A stretch of DNA of 64,000 bases from Takakia lepidozioides (taxonomy: Eukaryota > Plantae > Bryophyta): the NCBI GenBank assembly GCA_030704615.1, contig CM060733.1, positions 63,426,001 to 63,490,000 of the forward strand, given 5' to 3'. The number at the start of each line of letters is the position of its first letter. Positions within the stretch are counted from its first letter, which is position 1. The translations under genes were made by a program, and so were the position numbers. Below are positions 63,201-64,000 of this stretch, piece after piece. Under the pieces are notes generated by a model. It was not told the DNA's origin. It made no database searches and worked only from the letters and a program-made list of their open reading frames with translations.

Positions 63201-63850
63201 TGGAAAACCATAAACAGAGGAGTACAAAGCAAATCAACATGGCTTCATAGTGAATGCCGGTACCACCAGTCACAAACTACTGGTGTGGAAAACCATAAAC
63301 AGAGGAGTACAAAGCAAATCAACATGGCTTCCATAATGAATGGCAGTAACCACCAGTCACAAATGCTGGTGTGGGAAAACAACATAAACAGAGGAGTATA
63401 AAGCAAATCAACATGGCTTCATAGTGATGGTCGTACCGACCATCACTTCTAGGACATTGCACTCACTCTCTTCGTAGATCTTTAAAACAGGAAATGGAAG
63501 GTAGAGACACTTACTGGCGCCTTCTTAGGTTTTGAATTTGGATCCCCTTCTAACAGCTTTCCTCTCTTCCCTTTTCTCATCTGCTGGAATTTCTTTTGCT
63601 CTAGGGTTTGTAGACCTTCTCCCGGATCAGCGTTCCCCGGACTTCCACCTCCTTCAGTTTCCCTGCGAATCAGCTCTGCTTCCACAGTCTGGTTTCCAAT
63701 GCTCATGTTCTCTCTGACTGTGTGACAGCTGCAGCCTCATTCTCGGTCTGCTCTTGTGTTGCAGTCTCCGCGTTCACCTACTGCCTTGGCCCTTTGTTCT
63801 CCATCAAGCGACGCCTCGTCATTTGCTCTCTTTGCTCTGAGTCTCTTCTT
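60300..63850 (-). pseudogene. Multi-exon ParB/Srx-motif gene (copy 2, diverged paralogue of 16483-18234)
   Basis: KLETDFVHGYRLGAQVFYVS...MVYVWDANHRLLAWMGYI...LLTAMHD..|gtaag, with next exon SHVTTSLVHTLFRIQ. Same intron position as copy 1. A probable upstream exon lies at 63514-63850. Confidence 0.62.
62823..63447. repeat. ~85-bp tandem repeat x7, ending in a perfect palindrome
   Basis: Unit AGTGAATGGCGGTACCACCAGTCACAAACTGCTGGTGTGGAAAACCATAAACAGAGGAGTACAAAGCAAATCAACATGGCTTCAT. Ends in AGTGATGGTCG-TAC-CGACCATCACT. Confidence 0.95.
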
Positions 63851-64000
63851 TCTAAGGGAAGTAAAATAGAGTGACTTCCTTCTCTTTTCGAATCGTAGAA
63901 GAAACCCTCTCCAGCTTTACTACCTCTCTCCCTCTAAGTGCGGAAACTTGAAAGACAAAGTGAGTTGCGTGCGTGCGTTGGGATTGCTTCTAGAAGCATC

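Noticed and set aside
62823-63447. CRISPR-like regular array
   Set aside because: The units are near-identical head-to-tail copies with no unique spacers and no cas genes; this is a minisatellite in eukaryotic DNA.

Overview
Transposon-dense, gene-poor eukaryotic DNA, very likely from a land plant because it carries a PLS-class PPR fragment. The TE repertoire suggests a bryophyte, lycophyte or fern (inference). There are two 500-N gaps and no intact host gene. From left to right: (1) a decayed MULE/SWIM transposase split by a young, intact non-chromovirus Ty3/Gypsy (610-9842, GGAGC TSD); (2) a PHD-finger integrase remnant; (3) a deleted Galadriel-like chromovirus; (4) a multi-exon gene with a ParB/Srx-type WDGNHR motif; (5) the 5' half of a Gypsy element carrying a DNMT3-like C5 cytosine methyltransferase after its protease (18235-25183); (6) a CACTA end with a captured PPR fragment; (7) a LINE remnant with chromodomain-like and PCIF1-like methyltransferase motifs; (8) a full Galadriel-like chromovirus (33957-40901, CGGTG TSD); (9) palindrome and minisatellite arrays; (10) a ~2 kb inverted duplication around an RLE-type LINE tail, with a hAT MITE in one arm; (11) the 3' half of another copy of the DNMT-Gypsy family (RT-RH-IN-PHD); (12) a second ParB-motif gene. 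The most striking system is the DNMT/PHD Gypsy family. It appears to encode both a methylation writer and a chromatin reader. Its termini read A1...B1-A2-B2 (split direct repeats) despite a DDE integrase, and it has a self-complementary primer site instead of a tRNA PBS. All protein calls come from motif recognition by eye; no database search was run.
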